64,000 nt of DNA from the human T2T-CHM13v2.0 reference genome, Homo sapiens: assembly GCF_009914755.1 (NCBI RefSeq), contig NC_060938.1. One strand, written 5' to 3'. Positions 46,641 to 58,900 of the stretch are shown here, one piece after another. Under the pieces are notes generated by a model, which did no database searches, was not told the origin of the DNA, and saw only the letters and a list, made by a program, of their open reading frames with translations. Position 1 is the first letter of the stretch, and each line of letters starts with the position of its first letter. Both the position numbers and the translations under genes were made by a program.

Positions 46641-47168
46641 TATAGGGAAGGCAAAATTCCACCTCCATTCATTTAGGGATCCAGCTCAAGAAATAAATTT
46701 ACATAAGATAGATTAAAATGAATAAGAGCATACAAATGTACTTAATACAAGTTTTACAGGTCATGCAAGCCCTCACAAGAAAATAAAGACCCAAAGAAGG
46801 AATTAGAATCAATCACTTATGTAACAAATTTGACAAAGAATAATAAATTATGAAAATGTGATAAGGCAAAGGGGCTTGAGCCAGGACAGTTAATTGGGTA
46901 GAAAAGTGGCCAGGAAGATATGAATTAAGTGTAACAAGGTTTGTACAAATTTTCTTTGGCTTCAATTTTACATCTTTGATGATAATAATGCGATTTTTCT
47001 TCTAAGATAGGGAGAACATCTTTCACATGAGACTTTCATCTCTTGCTTTTAAGAAGGCACAAAGGTCAAAGTGATCTTCTTATAATTGTTATTTTTCAAT
47101 TGCCTTTAACTTAAATAATTAATATGCCAGAATTACATATTGTGGATGGCATATTCTTAACTCCTTCA
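46641..47168 (-). mobile_element. MER34-family ERV1 solo LTR
   Basis: agcatacaaatgtacttaatacaagtttta...aagacccaaagaag...aaataattaatatgccagaattacatattgtggatggcatattcttaactccttca. Confidence 0.75.
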
Positions 47169-47721
47169 CTTTAAAACTGAATTAGAAAAATGCCTTATTT
47201 TGGCAAGAATTTTGTTGTTTCACTAATTACTATAACTTTTGTGCAAAGTATGGTTCCTGGCCCCATAGAAGTTGCTCAGTAAGTATTTTGCTTGTAAATA
47301 TTAAAGTGAATTTTAGTCTCTATGTATATCCATAGCTATATATATATATCCATAGCTTCAAAACCTCTGAGTCAGTTTCAAAATATTTGAAGACACTTTT
47401 TGTAAAGATATGAGGATTGGCCTAATAGTCAGAATAGACTTCAAGTATGGCTCTGCTAAAAATAAGATACGTGACTTTGAATAAATTATTTATTTTTGTT
47501 GATATTCAATTTCGTGATGAGTAAGATGAGTGAGTTGAAAAAGAAAATTTAATATTACATTGATAGCAAAGATTCTTTAATTTGTATTGACTTTTAAAAA
47601 CAATAGCAAATGATATAAAATTTAAACATATGAGAAAGTAAAATATATGAAAAAACATACAGTGTACAGTCATGAATAAATGGAATTAAATTGTTGTATG
47701 ATTCTAGAATCTTTAGAAAAA

Positions 47722-47833
47722 TATTAGGTTGGTGCAAAAGTTATTGCGGTTTCTTGCCATTACTTTCAATTGCGGTTTATTGCCATTGAAAGTAATGGCA
47801 AGAAACCGCAATAACTTTTGCACCAACCTAATA
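47722..47833. mobile_element. Rearranged MADE1 MITE: perfect 49-bp inverted repeat with 14-nt spacer, TA TSD
   Basis: 47722-47770 is the exact reverse complement of 47785-47833; the spacer is tgcggtttattgcc. Confidence 0.97.
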
Positions 47834-48363
47834 GTAAAATAGTAACAGTGCTATGGTAAATGAAGAGTGTATATTTGTAGTTCATAGGCTAACCGTTAAA
47901 GAATAATACAACATATGACTAAAACATATTTTGTGTGTGTATGTGTTTGCTAAACCCTATAACAAATATTTTTAGTCTGGATAAGAAAAAATAAGAAATT
48001 TATGCAGTTACATATATATATACCATACTATAAATATTAAGGACACAGAAATATTGAAAATAAAAGGACAGAAAAAAAAATACCACACAAACACTAAATA
48101 AAAGGAAAGCTAGTCTACTAAAATAAGAGAGTACTTTGAGATGAGAAATATAATTAGCAAAAAAGAGGAACATTTTATGATGATGAATGTATTGATTCAA
48201 AAGGAAGACATAACAATGCTAAATATGGATGCACCTGAAAAACAAAAGAACCAAATATGAAACAATAAAAGGAAGTACAAACAAATCCACAGTTGTATTT
48301 GATATTTTAACACAACGTTCTCAGTATCTGGTACAATGAGCTGATCAAAGAAATAAGGATTAT

Positions 48364-48402
<39 letters not shown>
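48364..48402. repeat. (ATT)~12 microsatellite
   Basis: Read directly. Confidence 0.95.
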
Positions 48403-48689
48403 GCAACTTGATCCTGTTGGAATACATAAAACATTACTTCCAACAAATATATAACACATTCAAGTAGACATAGAAATTTATTAAAATAGACCATATGTTG
48501 AAATGTAATAAAATTTTAAATGATGTTCTCTCTATGTAAACTTAAAATAGAAATTAAGTTGTGAAGATAGACAACTCCTAAATATTTGGACAACACTATG
48601 CTAAAAAAACTTAGGGGTCAAAGAAGAAATCACAATGGAATTGAGAAAATATATTGAACTGAATGTTAATGAAAACAGGTCTTCACTAA

Positions 48690-49335
48690 CGGTAGCAGTT
48701 AAACAGGATTTGACTGTTAAAGATTCACAGGACCCCAAATGACAATGCTTATAAATCTATGATTTATTGTAGGGAAATAATACAAAATTGGAACAAGTAA
48801 AACTTAGGACAGTAGCCAAAGGCTGCCTCACAGTTAGAAGTCTATAGAGGATAGGCACAATCTCCCATTCTTCTCCCTATGTAGGGTCATCATTGACATT
48901 CTTCTCTCTCAGATCTTAAAGCACCAATATGTGGATGGAACACCCTTGAATCCAGGGAGCCCAAAATAGAGTGTAAAACCTATTTCCTTCTGATCATGTA
49001 GGCATTTTCATGCTGCATAGACACCTCAATGGTAGACCCCTCCAAGGTTTTACCTAAGATCAGGCACAAATAATCAGTCTCACTGTTATCAATAAACAAT
49101 GCTGACAAGCAGTTATAAAGCACCCCAAAGCTCACCTTGGACACATGGTTACAAAAAAACACTAATCAGTATATTCATCTCTTGACCAGGAATGACTACC
49201 ATTTAAGCACATTTATTACTTCAACAAAATAGCCCACACCAATTCAAGGCCTAGTAAAATTAACCCTCATAATACAAGGGCATTATTCCACTTGCAGGGA
49301 TGCAGCTGAGGAGCTGAGGCATTGCTCAGAGAGAA
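48690..49335 (-). mobile_element. ERVL-class LTR relic (MER68/MER77-like) nested in L1M
   Basis: Interrupts L1 collinearity; gattcacaggacc...ctatgatttattgtagggaaa...cactgttatcaataaacaatgctgacaagc. Confidence 0.5.
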
Positions 49336-50318
49336 ATTTATGATGCTAATTGTATACATTGACAAAAAGGTAGACCCCAAAGATATAGATTTCCGTCTTA
49401 AGAAGATGGTAATAGAAGAGCAAACTTAAACCAGAGGAAGTAGAAAGAATGAAATAATAAAAATAAAAACAAAATATAGAGATAAAATCTAATTGCAAAT
49501 ATATGATCAAAATAAGAGACAGAAGATTCTTTTGTCAGGTTAACAAAAATAAAAAAGCCTCCTTCAAGTTAATCAGAACAAAGAGAGAAGATAAATGATC
49601 AATACTGTCAATGAAAAAAATGGAATACTACTATGATAATAAGTCTAAAATACAAACAAATTTTTGTCAATAAATATAACAGTTTGGAGAAAATGGACAA
49701 AATCCTTTGAAAAACACAACTTGCCATAACTGAAATAAGAAGAAAAACAAACCTGAATGAGTTTATCTTTATTGCAAAATACAGAACATACAATCCCAGA
49801 TGATTATACTGGCCCAGGAGAAATACAATTCCAGGCCCAGATAATTATATTGGCAAATTCTTGCAAATCTTAAAAAGGAAATGATACAAACTTCCATATA
49901 TTATTTCCCAAAATGAAAAAAAAGAGTGTACCCTTCCACCTCATTTATGAGGCCCCAGAATTTTTTAATCAAACCTAACAAGGACACTAATAAGAAAGGA
50001 AAATTACTGGCCAATATTTCTCATGAACATAGGCACTAAAATCCTGAAAATGACATTTGGAAATTGAATCCAGAGATATATAAAAAGAATAACTCATCAT
50101 GATCAAGTAGGGTTTATTCCAGGAATGCAAGTTTGGATTAATATTAAGAAATCATTCACTGTAGTTTATCACATTAACAGATTAGTGGAATGAAGCCAGG
50201 TAATCATCTCAATAGATGCAGAAAAGCATTTATAAAAGTCGATACTTATTCATGATAAAAAAAAAACTTTCAGCAAACTAAAAATAGATGAGCAATTTTA
50301 AAATCTGATGAATGATAT

Positions 50319-50495
50319 TGTATTAGGCAGGGTTCAACTGCAGAAACACTCCAGCAGAAGATATATATTTGAGATTTATTGCAAGAAATTGGCTTATGTG
50401 ATTTTGGGGCCTGCTAGGCAAATTCAAAATCTTTGGGAAGGTCATAAGGAAGGGCAAGCTAGAATACGAGGCGTGAGCTGACATTGCAGTCCACA
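50319..50495 (-). mobile_element. MLT2-like LTR fragment
   Basis: tgtattaggcagggttcaactgcagaaaca...gagatttattgcaagaaattggcttatgtgatt. Confidence 0.75.
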
Positions 50496-50499
50496 AAAA

Positions 50500-51122
50500 A
50501 TTTGTATCCATAATGTATAAAGAACTCCTTCAAATAATTTAAAAAGGCATAAAACAACATATGCACTTCACAAAAGTGGATATAGAAATAGCCAATAAAC
50601 ATATAAAAACAGCTCAACTTCATTAGTCATCAGAGAAATGAAAATTAAAACCACAAAACCTCATCTGCCAAAAAGACTAAAATGAAAAAGACAGAAAATA
50701 CCCATGACTGGGGAGAATGTGAAGGAAGTAGAATTCTGTTAGACTGATAGTTGTGAGAACTCTTACTCGGCTTGATACAAGCACCTTGGAAAGGTGGGAC
50801 TTACGTACTAAAGTTGATTGAACACAAGCCCTGTGATTCCCGATGACCCAGTAATTCTACTTACGTCTACAAGTGGTAGAAATAATTACATGTAAATACT
50901 AAAAAGCATGTACAAAATAGTTCAAAACAATACAACTTATAATAACTCCAAACGGTAACCAATCCAAATATATTTCAACAGGGAATGGACACAATATACA
51001 CTATAGCAGAATCACTCAATAAACTACTCCAAGCTGAAAGAGTTTTAAAAACTTGTTATATACAAAGTAGATGAATCACACAAACAAAATTAGGCAAAAA
51101 TAAATGAGTTATATTTGATATG

Positions 51123-51194
<72 letters not shown>

Positions 51195-51390
51195 CCCAAA
51201 ACTGGCAAATCTAATCTAGTTATTATACTTTTGAGAAGGGGTATAACCAGGGATGAGTACAAGCAGGATTTCTAAGGTGCTGATAATGTTCATTCTTATT
51301 CCAGGTGCTGGATTCAAAGATGAATTTAGTCTGGTTCAATTTGTTTTAAAAAAATATTGAGCTGTGAACTTTTCTCTATGTATTTATTTT
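50500..51390 (+). mobile_element. L1ME-like 3' end with compound microsatellite
   Basis: cacttcacaaaagtggatatagaaatagccaataaacatat...gctcaacttcattagtcatcagagaaatg. Confidence 0.75.
51125..51190. repeat. Compound (TC)~20(TA)~13 microsatellite
   Basis: Read directly. Confidence 0.98.
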
Positions 51391-51409
51391 AAAAATTATT
51401 ATGCTTACA

Positions 51410-51610
51410 TGGTAGCTAAGAACACAGGTTCTGGGAGTCAAATGACCTGTTCCACATTTTATTTATGGGAGATTTGACCTTTGGCAAATCATTTATCCTT
51501 CTCCTTTTCAGATTCCCCATAGTAAGACTGGGGATACTAATACTACCTACCATTTAAGGCTGTTGGGGGGAAAACAGTGAAAGTGCATGTAAAATATTAA
51601 GAAACAGAAG
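51410..51610 (+). mobile_element. MIR relic
   Basis: tggtagctaagaacacaggttctgg...tgacctttggcaaatcattta...ctaatactacctacc. Confidence 0.65.
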
Positions 51611-52270
51611 GTGCACAAATTTATCTGTTGTTATAATATTGATCAATATGTGCATATTCATGTTTTTAGGTGAGCACACATGCATATGTACATATATATG
51701 ATATCATGTATGTTTTATTTATATCCATGGCAGTTCCTCCTTTTCTGTTCATCCTAATAACTCAAAATCTTATCTTTTATTGCCTTATTTCTCTCTTGCA
51801 GTCAAGTCCATAAAAATCTGGTACTAAAATGTAGTTTATGACAGCGTTATGAGAAACAGACATTGCAATAGCGCCCTTTATTTCCTTTTTCAGGCATAAC
51901 ACTAAATTCTATATAACAGCCTAAAGGATAATGTTGTGTCATTTTTAATTCACGTAACTGGAGGATTAAGCCATATCATCATTACAAAATCCATCTTTAC
52001 TACTTGTAAACAATTGACTGGTTTGTTATCCTAAGGCAAAACCAGGTGCTGTTAGCATATTATATATCATTTATGGCTATTGTGGGGACTAGGTCATTGG
52101 CATTAAATTAGAAGAAAATAAAATACCAATGTCAGGCTTCTCAACAATAAATTGTTCCTGGGAGGTTTAATAGTATGGAGGGGGCAAAAACCAGAGAGGG
52201 TGATGATACATTGTTCTTTCTAAAATCCTGGGTGACTACATCATGGGCAGGAAACTCAAGTTAATTCAAG

Positions 52271-52401
52271 TAGAGTGCCCATATAATGGTTTTGACTAAA
52301 CTAGGACATTCTTGAAGATGAAATGGGGTGTTAATAATTTTGCTGTGACATCAGAAGTTAGCTAGGACTCCTCTAGGCAAACTGGAAATAGGGTCACCTT
52401 A
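52271..52401. mobile_element. MER94-like (hAT-Blackjack) relic
   Basis: Degenerate TIRs tagagtgcccatat ... atagggtcacctta, ~130 bp apart. Confidence 0.6.
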
Positions 52402-52859
52402 GTTACAAGGTGTCCTTTGAAGGGAAATTTAGACCTAAGTGGTGTGACTGGTGGGGCATCAGTTGGAGGGGGGCAGAAGTGTGTTACTACTTGTGGTAGG
52501 CAAAATTGTAGTCTAAGCTCTAAACAAAGTTGAATATAAAAGTTCCCTGAACAAGGTAGCGCAGCACAGATATGTTTCCTAAGTTGTATACTCTCTCAAT
52601 TCATACCTAGTTCAGCCACCAGTGCCATATCATTGTGTAACATTTGAATGAGGCAATGAATCTTCATGATTTTAAAAAGATACTATAGAAAACATGTAAG
52701 AAGCAACAGGTTCCCATACTCATGGCTAGGTAAATATTGCTATGACATGGAAAACATTAAGGTCAGAAATTCTGGTCTTGACACATAATGCTCCTACTGA
52801 TTATCTATGACTGATTCTTGTAACATCCAAACCACCCACCCCTCTCCAAAGAAGAGTTT

Positions 52860-53110
52860 CCTCATTCCCATGCCCAGTGCAGACACTTCTCCATATCCCC
52901 AGAGCACATTATGCACACCTCCATCAAGACACTTTTCACAAGGTCTCTCAAGCATTGCTTACTTGTGTCTTTGACACTTCTTTAAGGCTTTTGATAGTAC
53001 AGACCATATCACATTTACCTATATGTCCCTAGGGCCAAATATACTTTCTAATGCTCAGTGCTTGGTGTCCATTAAAGCTTTATTAAATACATGACTAATG
53101 CTTGAATAAA
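52860..53110 (+). mobile_element. L2 3' end relic
   Basis: cagtgcttggtgtcc...tttattaaatacatgactaatgcttgaataaa, preceded by L2-like 3' motifs. Confidence 0.45.
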
Positions 53111-55944
53111 ACTTTGTATTTTACAAAGCATCTATTTCACACCCATCTATTTTACTTAAGAATTGCTCAGACTGGATGCTCAGTTAAATATATGAGATGA
53201 TATTTTTATCTATTCAGAATGATGCAAACATTCTGCTAAGTTTATATTTCAATAACTGTTTACCATATTTTAAGTAAAAATCTTAATAAACTGGTTTGTC
53301 TATAACCTGCAATTCAATTTGCATGGAACAGTTAGAGGAAGAAGTCATTCAGGCTTCCATATATCTAGTAGAATGGCCATCTCAGCAGCAATGATTAATA
53401 GATTCGTTCAGTATATTCAAGGAACGTTGCAATATAATAGCAAAAGAACACCAATTTCGTATACTGCATTGTTGATCCTAATGTTTTATACATGACTTCC
53501 TAGCCCATTCCAGGCACATCAAAGTTCATTACTGACCACTGATAAACACATTCATCCTTGTCAGAGAACTTTGCAAGAGCTTCCTTCACTTTATTGTCTT
53601 ATCTAACATACTCTAGCTATATCATCCCAGTGAGAACTGTGTCTTAATGCTTCCATTGTTTGCTTTGGAATATTGCTTTTTGTTTGCATCTTTATCTGAA
53701 GTGACATTTCAAAATTTTACATTTTTCTCTACACATAATGTTTCAATTAATGTTTATGTGGATGATTAGATACAGATGTTTTAACTTATTTACTTTAGGA
53801 CATCTTTATTAGATTATAAAGTTTTGTATTCCACTTAATTTCTATCTTTATAATTTTTATACTATGTAGGAAAATCTTAAAGATTTTAACAGTGAAATTA
53901 TTTATCCATACATAGTTTTAAGTTTGTCTTCAATATGTGTTATTGGATTCTCAACTTTTAATTCTTGATGTTAATTGCATGTGCCTCTGTTATAGCCCAA
54001 ATAAAAACTGTTGTTTATGGTGGATAATATGTATGTGTATATATGAATCTTTTATTATATATGTATCTAATATATATGTATGTGTATATACACATATATA
54101 TTAGTTTATGCTTACACTGTGACTAAAAGTAGTTGGCTGGTCAAAAATGTTATATTCTATAATTTGTGTATCAGTATAAGAAAATGTAGTCAAGACCAGT
54201 TTCCTAAAAATAAATCTTATGAAGAAAAGCACAATGTTATTTATATGAGACTCTACTAAATATTAAAGATCACCTTTAAAAAAATTGTTGATTGACTTTA
54301 GCGACAGAATTATGAAAAAGGCAACAATTAATACTTCAAGTATTCTTTGATGAGCATGGACTTTTGTTCTTTAACTGTCACAATTTTTTAATATTATACA
54401 ATACAACTTTCACTTTTCCATCTTACTCTTTCAATTTAAAAACTTCTTTTCTGTAGTTAGTCATACATTGTTATCTAGTATCCTTTTTTGATCTGCTCCT
54501 TGTCTTTATTCCAGAAATTTAGTTGAGCAATTCAGGGAAATTGAAGCTGTTAAAGAATCCCACAGAAATCCTGCAGTGTGGATGTTTAGGATATACTGTA
54601 GCTTTCTTTTCTGTACTATAAAGCTAACAGTTTCAGATTCTGCCAGACATTGTCATCAATCAGTGTAGTGTTGTGCTTCTTATTTTGACTTCAGTGGTAT
54701 GAGTTTCTGACCAACATGGAGGCTTCCTTTGACTCTCCTTCTATTAAATGGAACATTATACTAACTTAAACTTGTTAAAAAATACAGCAACTGGATTATC
54801 AAGCATTTCCTTGAAAATTAGCTTTGCATCTCTGTATGTAGATCACTGTACCTTCTAGTATAAAATACACTTACATATTCAATGTATATACTAATAGAGA
54901 TAATATACTAAAATTATTAAATCAACTGGGTTTCTACAAGGTTAATTTTACATATAAAATATATTTTATTATTTTCTTATATTAGACTTTTACATAGTTT
55001 TTCTTCTCATGCCAGTGAAAACCTAGCACTATATTTACAGAAACAAAGCTGTGTAGCAAACACCGACAGAAAATAGACAGGACTAATCAGACAACTGACT
55101 AGACATTTTTAAAGCTCATTGACTTAATCAGTTTCATTTTACCACAACAAGTTGCAAAGGACTCACTGGTTTGTTGAACTTGTTCTGAATGAAATAATGC
55201 CCATGTAACACTTTAACAGGAATCAACAAGGGAAACAACTTTCATTTCTGAGCTGCTGAATTTGCACTCTAAAACCTCTAAGGCGAGGCTTATTTTAACA
55301 GAATTGAGACTTAAACAAACAAACAAACAACAACTACATGCAGAACTGTGCGAAGAGAATTATCCCAGACTCATATGATAATGATTAATAGCCTCAGATC
55401 TAAAAGTGATAGCCTCAAATCTAAAAAGGATGAATCCAGTTTTAACTTCAGAGTGAAAAGGGAATAACGTCAATTTTTTTCCTGATATTCCACAGTATTA
55501 TTCATTTAAAGTCCTATTTCAACTTCAGGATCATCTCAGTCTATTCAGGTTTGTGATATTTTCTTAATTTTTTGTTTCAAGATTTATATGTTTTCATTTT
55601 TTATTTGCTTATGGTTAACACTATTTTTAAATAATAGATTTTAAAGGTTTGTTAAACATTTTAAATTTATTATTAAATATTTCTTTAATATAAAATATCA
55701 TTTGAGGAAGAAGAATTTAGACATGTACTGTCTTATAAAGGAATCTATGTCTGATGATTGTTTACTACTAAACTTGAGAGCTAATCAGAAAATAAGGCTA
55801 ACAATCTGTGTTGTATATGAGGCATAAAGAGAAGTAGACAAACAGTTAACTAGTTAGGTTATAAATAAGTAAGTAAATAGGTAGAGAGAGGTAGTTCACT
55901 AGTCTGTTAGTTATAGTTACAGGAAACAGTTCTGTTGCAGAATT

Positions 55945-58900
55945 AAGGTTCTGGGATACATGTGCACAACGTGAAGGTTTGTTACATAGGTATATACATG
56001 CCATGGTGGTTTGCTACACCCATCAACCCGTTATCTACATTAGATATTTCTCCTAATGCTATCCCTCCTCTAGCCCCCCAACCCCTGACAGGCCCCAGTG
56101 TGTGATCTTCCCCTCCCTGTATCCATGTGTTCTCATTGGTCAGCTCCCACTTATGAGTGAGAACATGTGGTGGTTGGTTTTCTGTTCCTGTGTTAGTTTG
56201 ATGAGAATGATGGATTCCAGCTTCATCCATGTCCCTGTAAAGGACATGAACTCATCTTTTTTATGACTGCATAGTATCCCATGGTGTATATGTGCCACAT
56301 TTTCTTTATCCAGTCTATCATTGATGGGCATTTACATTGGTTCCAAGTCTTTGCTATTGTGAACAGTTTTGCAATATACATATGTGTGCATGTGTATTTA
56401 CAGCAGAATGATTTATAATCCTTTGGGTATATACCCAGTAATGGGATTGCTGGGGCAAATGATATTTCTGGTCCTAGATCCTTGAGGAATTGCCACACTG
56501 TCTTCCACAGTGGTTGAACTAATTTACACTTTCACCAACAGTGTATAAGCGTTCCTATTTCTCCACATTCTCTCCAGCATCTATTGTTTCCTGACTTTTT
56601 AATGATCGCCATTCTAACTGGTGTGAGATGGTGTCTCATTGTGGTTTTGATTTGCATTTCTGTAATGACCAGTGATGATGAGCTTTTTTTCCTATCGTTT
56701 GTTGACTACATAAATGTCCTTTTGAAAAGTGTCTGTTCATATCCTTTACCCACTTTTTGATGGGGTTGTTTGTTTCTTGTAAATTTGTTTAAGTTCCTTG
56801 TAGATTCTGGATATTAGCCCTTTGTCAGATGAAAAGATTGTGAAAACTTTCTCCCATTCTGTAGGTTGCCTGTTCACTCTGATGATAGTTTCTTTTGCTG
56901 TGCAGAAGCTCTTTAGTTTAATTAGATCCCATTTGTCTATTTTGGCTTTTGTTGCCATTGCTTTTGGTGTTTTAGTCATGAAGTCTTTGCCCACGCCTAT
57001 GTCCTGAATGGTATTGCTTAGGTTTTCTTCTAGGGTTTTTATGGTTTTAGGTCTTACGTTTAAGTCTTTAATCCACTTTGAGTTAATTTTTGTATAAAGT
57101 GTGAGGAAGGGAGTCCAGTTTCAGTTTTCTGCGTATGGCTAGCCAGTTTTCCAGCACCATTTATTAAATAGGAAATCCTTTCCCTATTCCTTGTCTTTGT
57201 CAGGTCTGTCAAAGATCAGATGGCTGTAGATGTGTGGCATTATTTCTGAGGGCTCTGTCCTGTTCCATTGGTCTATACATCTGTTTTGGTACAGGTACCA
57301 TGCTGTTTTGGTTACCGTATCCTTGTAGTATAGTTTGAAGTCAGGTAGCGTGATGCCTCCAGCTTTGTTCTTTTTGCTTGGTATTGTCTTGACTATGTGG
57401 GCTCTTTTTTGGTTCCATATGAACTTTAAAGTAGTTTTTTTCCAATTCTGTGAAGATAGTCAGCGGTAGCTTGATGGGGATAGTATTGAATCTATAAATT
57501 ACTTTGGGCAGTATGGCCATTTTCATGATATTGAGTCTTCCCATCCATGAGCATGGAATGTTTTTCCATTTGTTTGTGTCCTCTCATATTTCCTTGAGCA
57601 GTGTTTGTAGTTCTCCTTGAAGAGATCCTTCATATCCTTTGAAGTTGTATTTCTAGGTATTTTATTCTCTTAGTAGCAATTGCAAACGGGAGTTCACTCA
57701 TGATTTGGCTCTCTGTTTCTCTATTATTGGTGTATAGGAATGCTTGTGATTTTTGCAGATTGATTTTGTATCCTGAGGCATTGCTGAAGTTGCTTATCAG
57801 CTTAAGGAGATTTTGGTCTGAGATAATGGGGTTTTCTAAATATACAAACATGTGTTCTGCAAACAGAGACAATTTTATTTTCTCTCTTCCTATTTGAATA
57901 GCCATTATTTCTTTCTCTTGCCTGATTGCCCTGGCCAGAACTCCCAATACTATGTGGAATAGGAGTGGTGAGAAAGGGCATCCTTGTCTTGTGCCAATTT
58001 TACAAGGGAATGCTTCCAGCCTTTGCCCATTCAGTATGACGTTGGCTGTGGGTTTGTCATAAATAGCTCTTATTATTTTGAGATACGTTTCATCAATACC
58101 TAGTTTATTGAGAGTTTTTAGCATAAACAGAGTGCTGAATTTTATCAAAGGCCTATCTCTACATCTACTGAGATAATCATGTGGCTTTTATCATTGGTTC
58201 TGTCTATGTGATGGATTATGTTTATTGATTTGTGTATGTTGAACCAGCCTTGCATCCCAGGGATGAAGCCAACTTGATTGTGGTGGATATGCTTTTTGAT
58301 ATGCTGCTGGATTTGGTTTGCCAGTATTTTATTGAGGATTTTCACATTGATGTCCATCATGGATATTAGCCTGAAATTTTCTTTTCTTGTTGTGTCTCTG
58401 CCAGGTTTTGGTATCAGGATGATGCTGGCCTCATAAAATGAGTTAGTGGGAAGTCCCTCTTTTTCTATTGTTTGGAATAGTTTCAGAAGGAATGGTACCA
58501 GCTCCTCTTTGTACCTCTGGTAGAATTCAGCTGTGAATCCATCTGGTCCTGGACTTTTTTTGGTTCATAGGCTGTTAATTACTGCCTCAATTTCAGAACT
58601 TGTTATTGGTCTATTCAGGGATTCAATTTCTTCCTGGTTTTGTCTTGGGAGGGTGTATGTGTTCTGGAATTGATCCATTTCTTCTAAATTTTCTGGCTTA
58701 CTTGTGTAGAGGTGTGTACAGTATTATCTGATGGTAGTTTGTATTTCTGTGGGATCAGTGGTGATATCCCCTTTATCATTTTTTATTGTGTCTATATGTT
58801 TGTTTGTTTGTTTCTCTCTTTTCTTTTTGAGATGGAGTCTCCCTCTTTCAGCCAGGCTGGAGTGCAGTGGTGCGATCTTGGCTCACTGCAACCTCTGCCT

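Larger units (their letters stand above)
47550..50318 (+). mobile_element. Old L1M ORF2 region (EN to RT), interrupted by MADE1, (ATT)n and an LTR
   Basis: attcaaaaggaagacataacaat, aaaatagaccatatgttg, catcatgatcaagtagggtttattccaggaatgcaag, atctcaatagatgcagaaaagcattt. Confidence 0.8.

Noticed and set aside
54485-54670. Strong acceptor (..tgtctttattccag|) followed by an open frame NLVEQFREIEAVKESHRNPAV...
   Set aside because: No convincing donor or linked coding exon, and I do not recognise the peptide. Similar isolated acceptors occur at 19340, 22981 and 51801.
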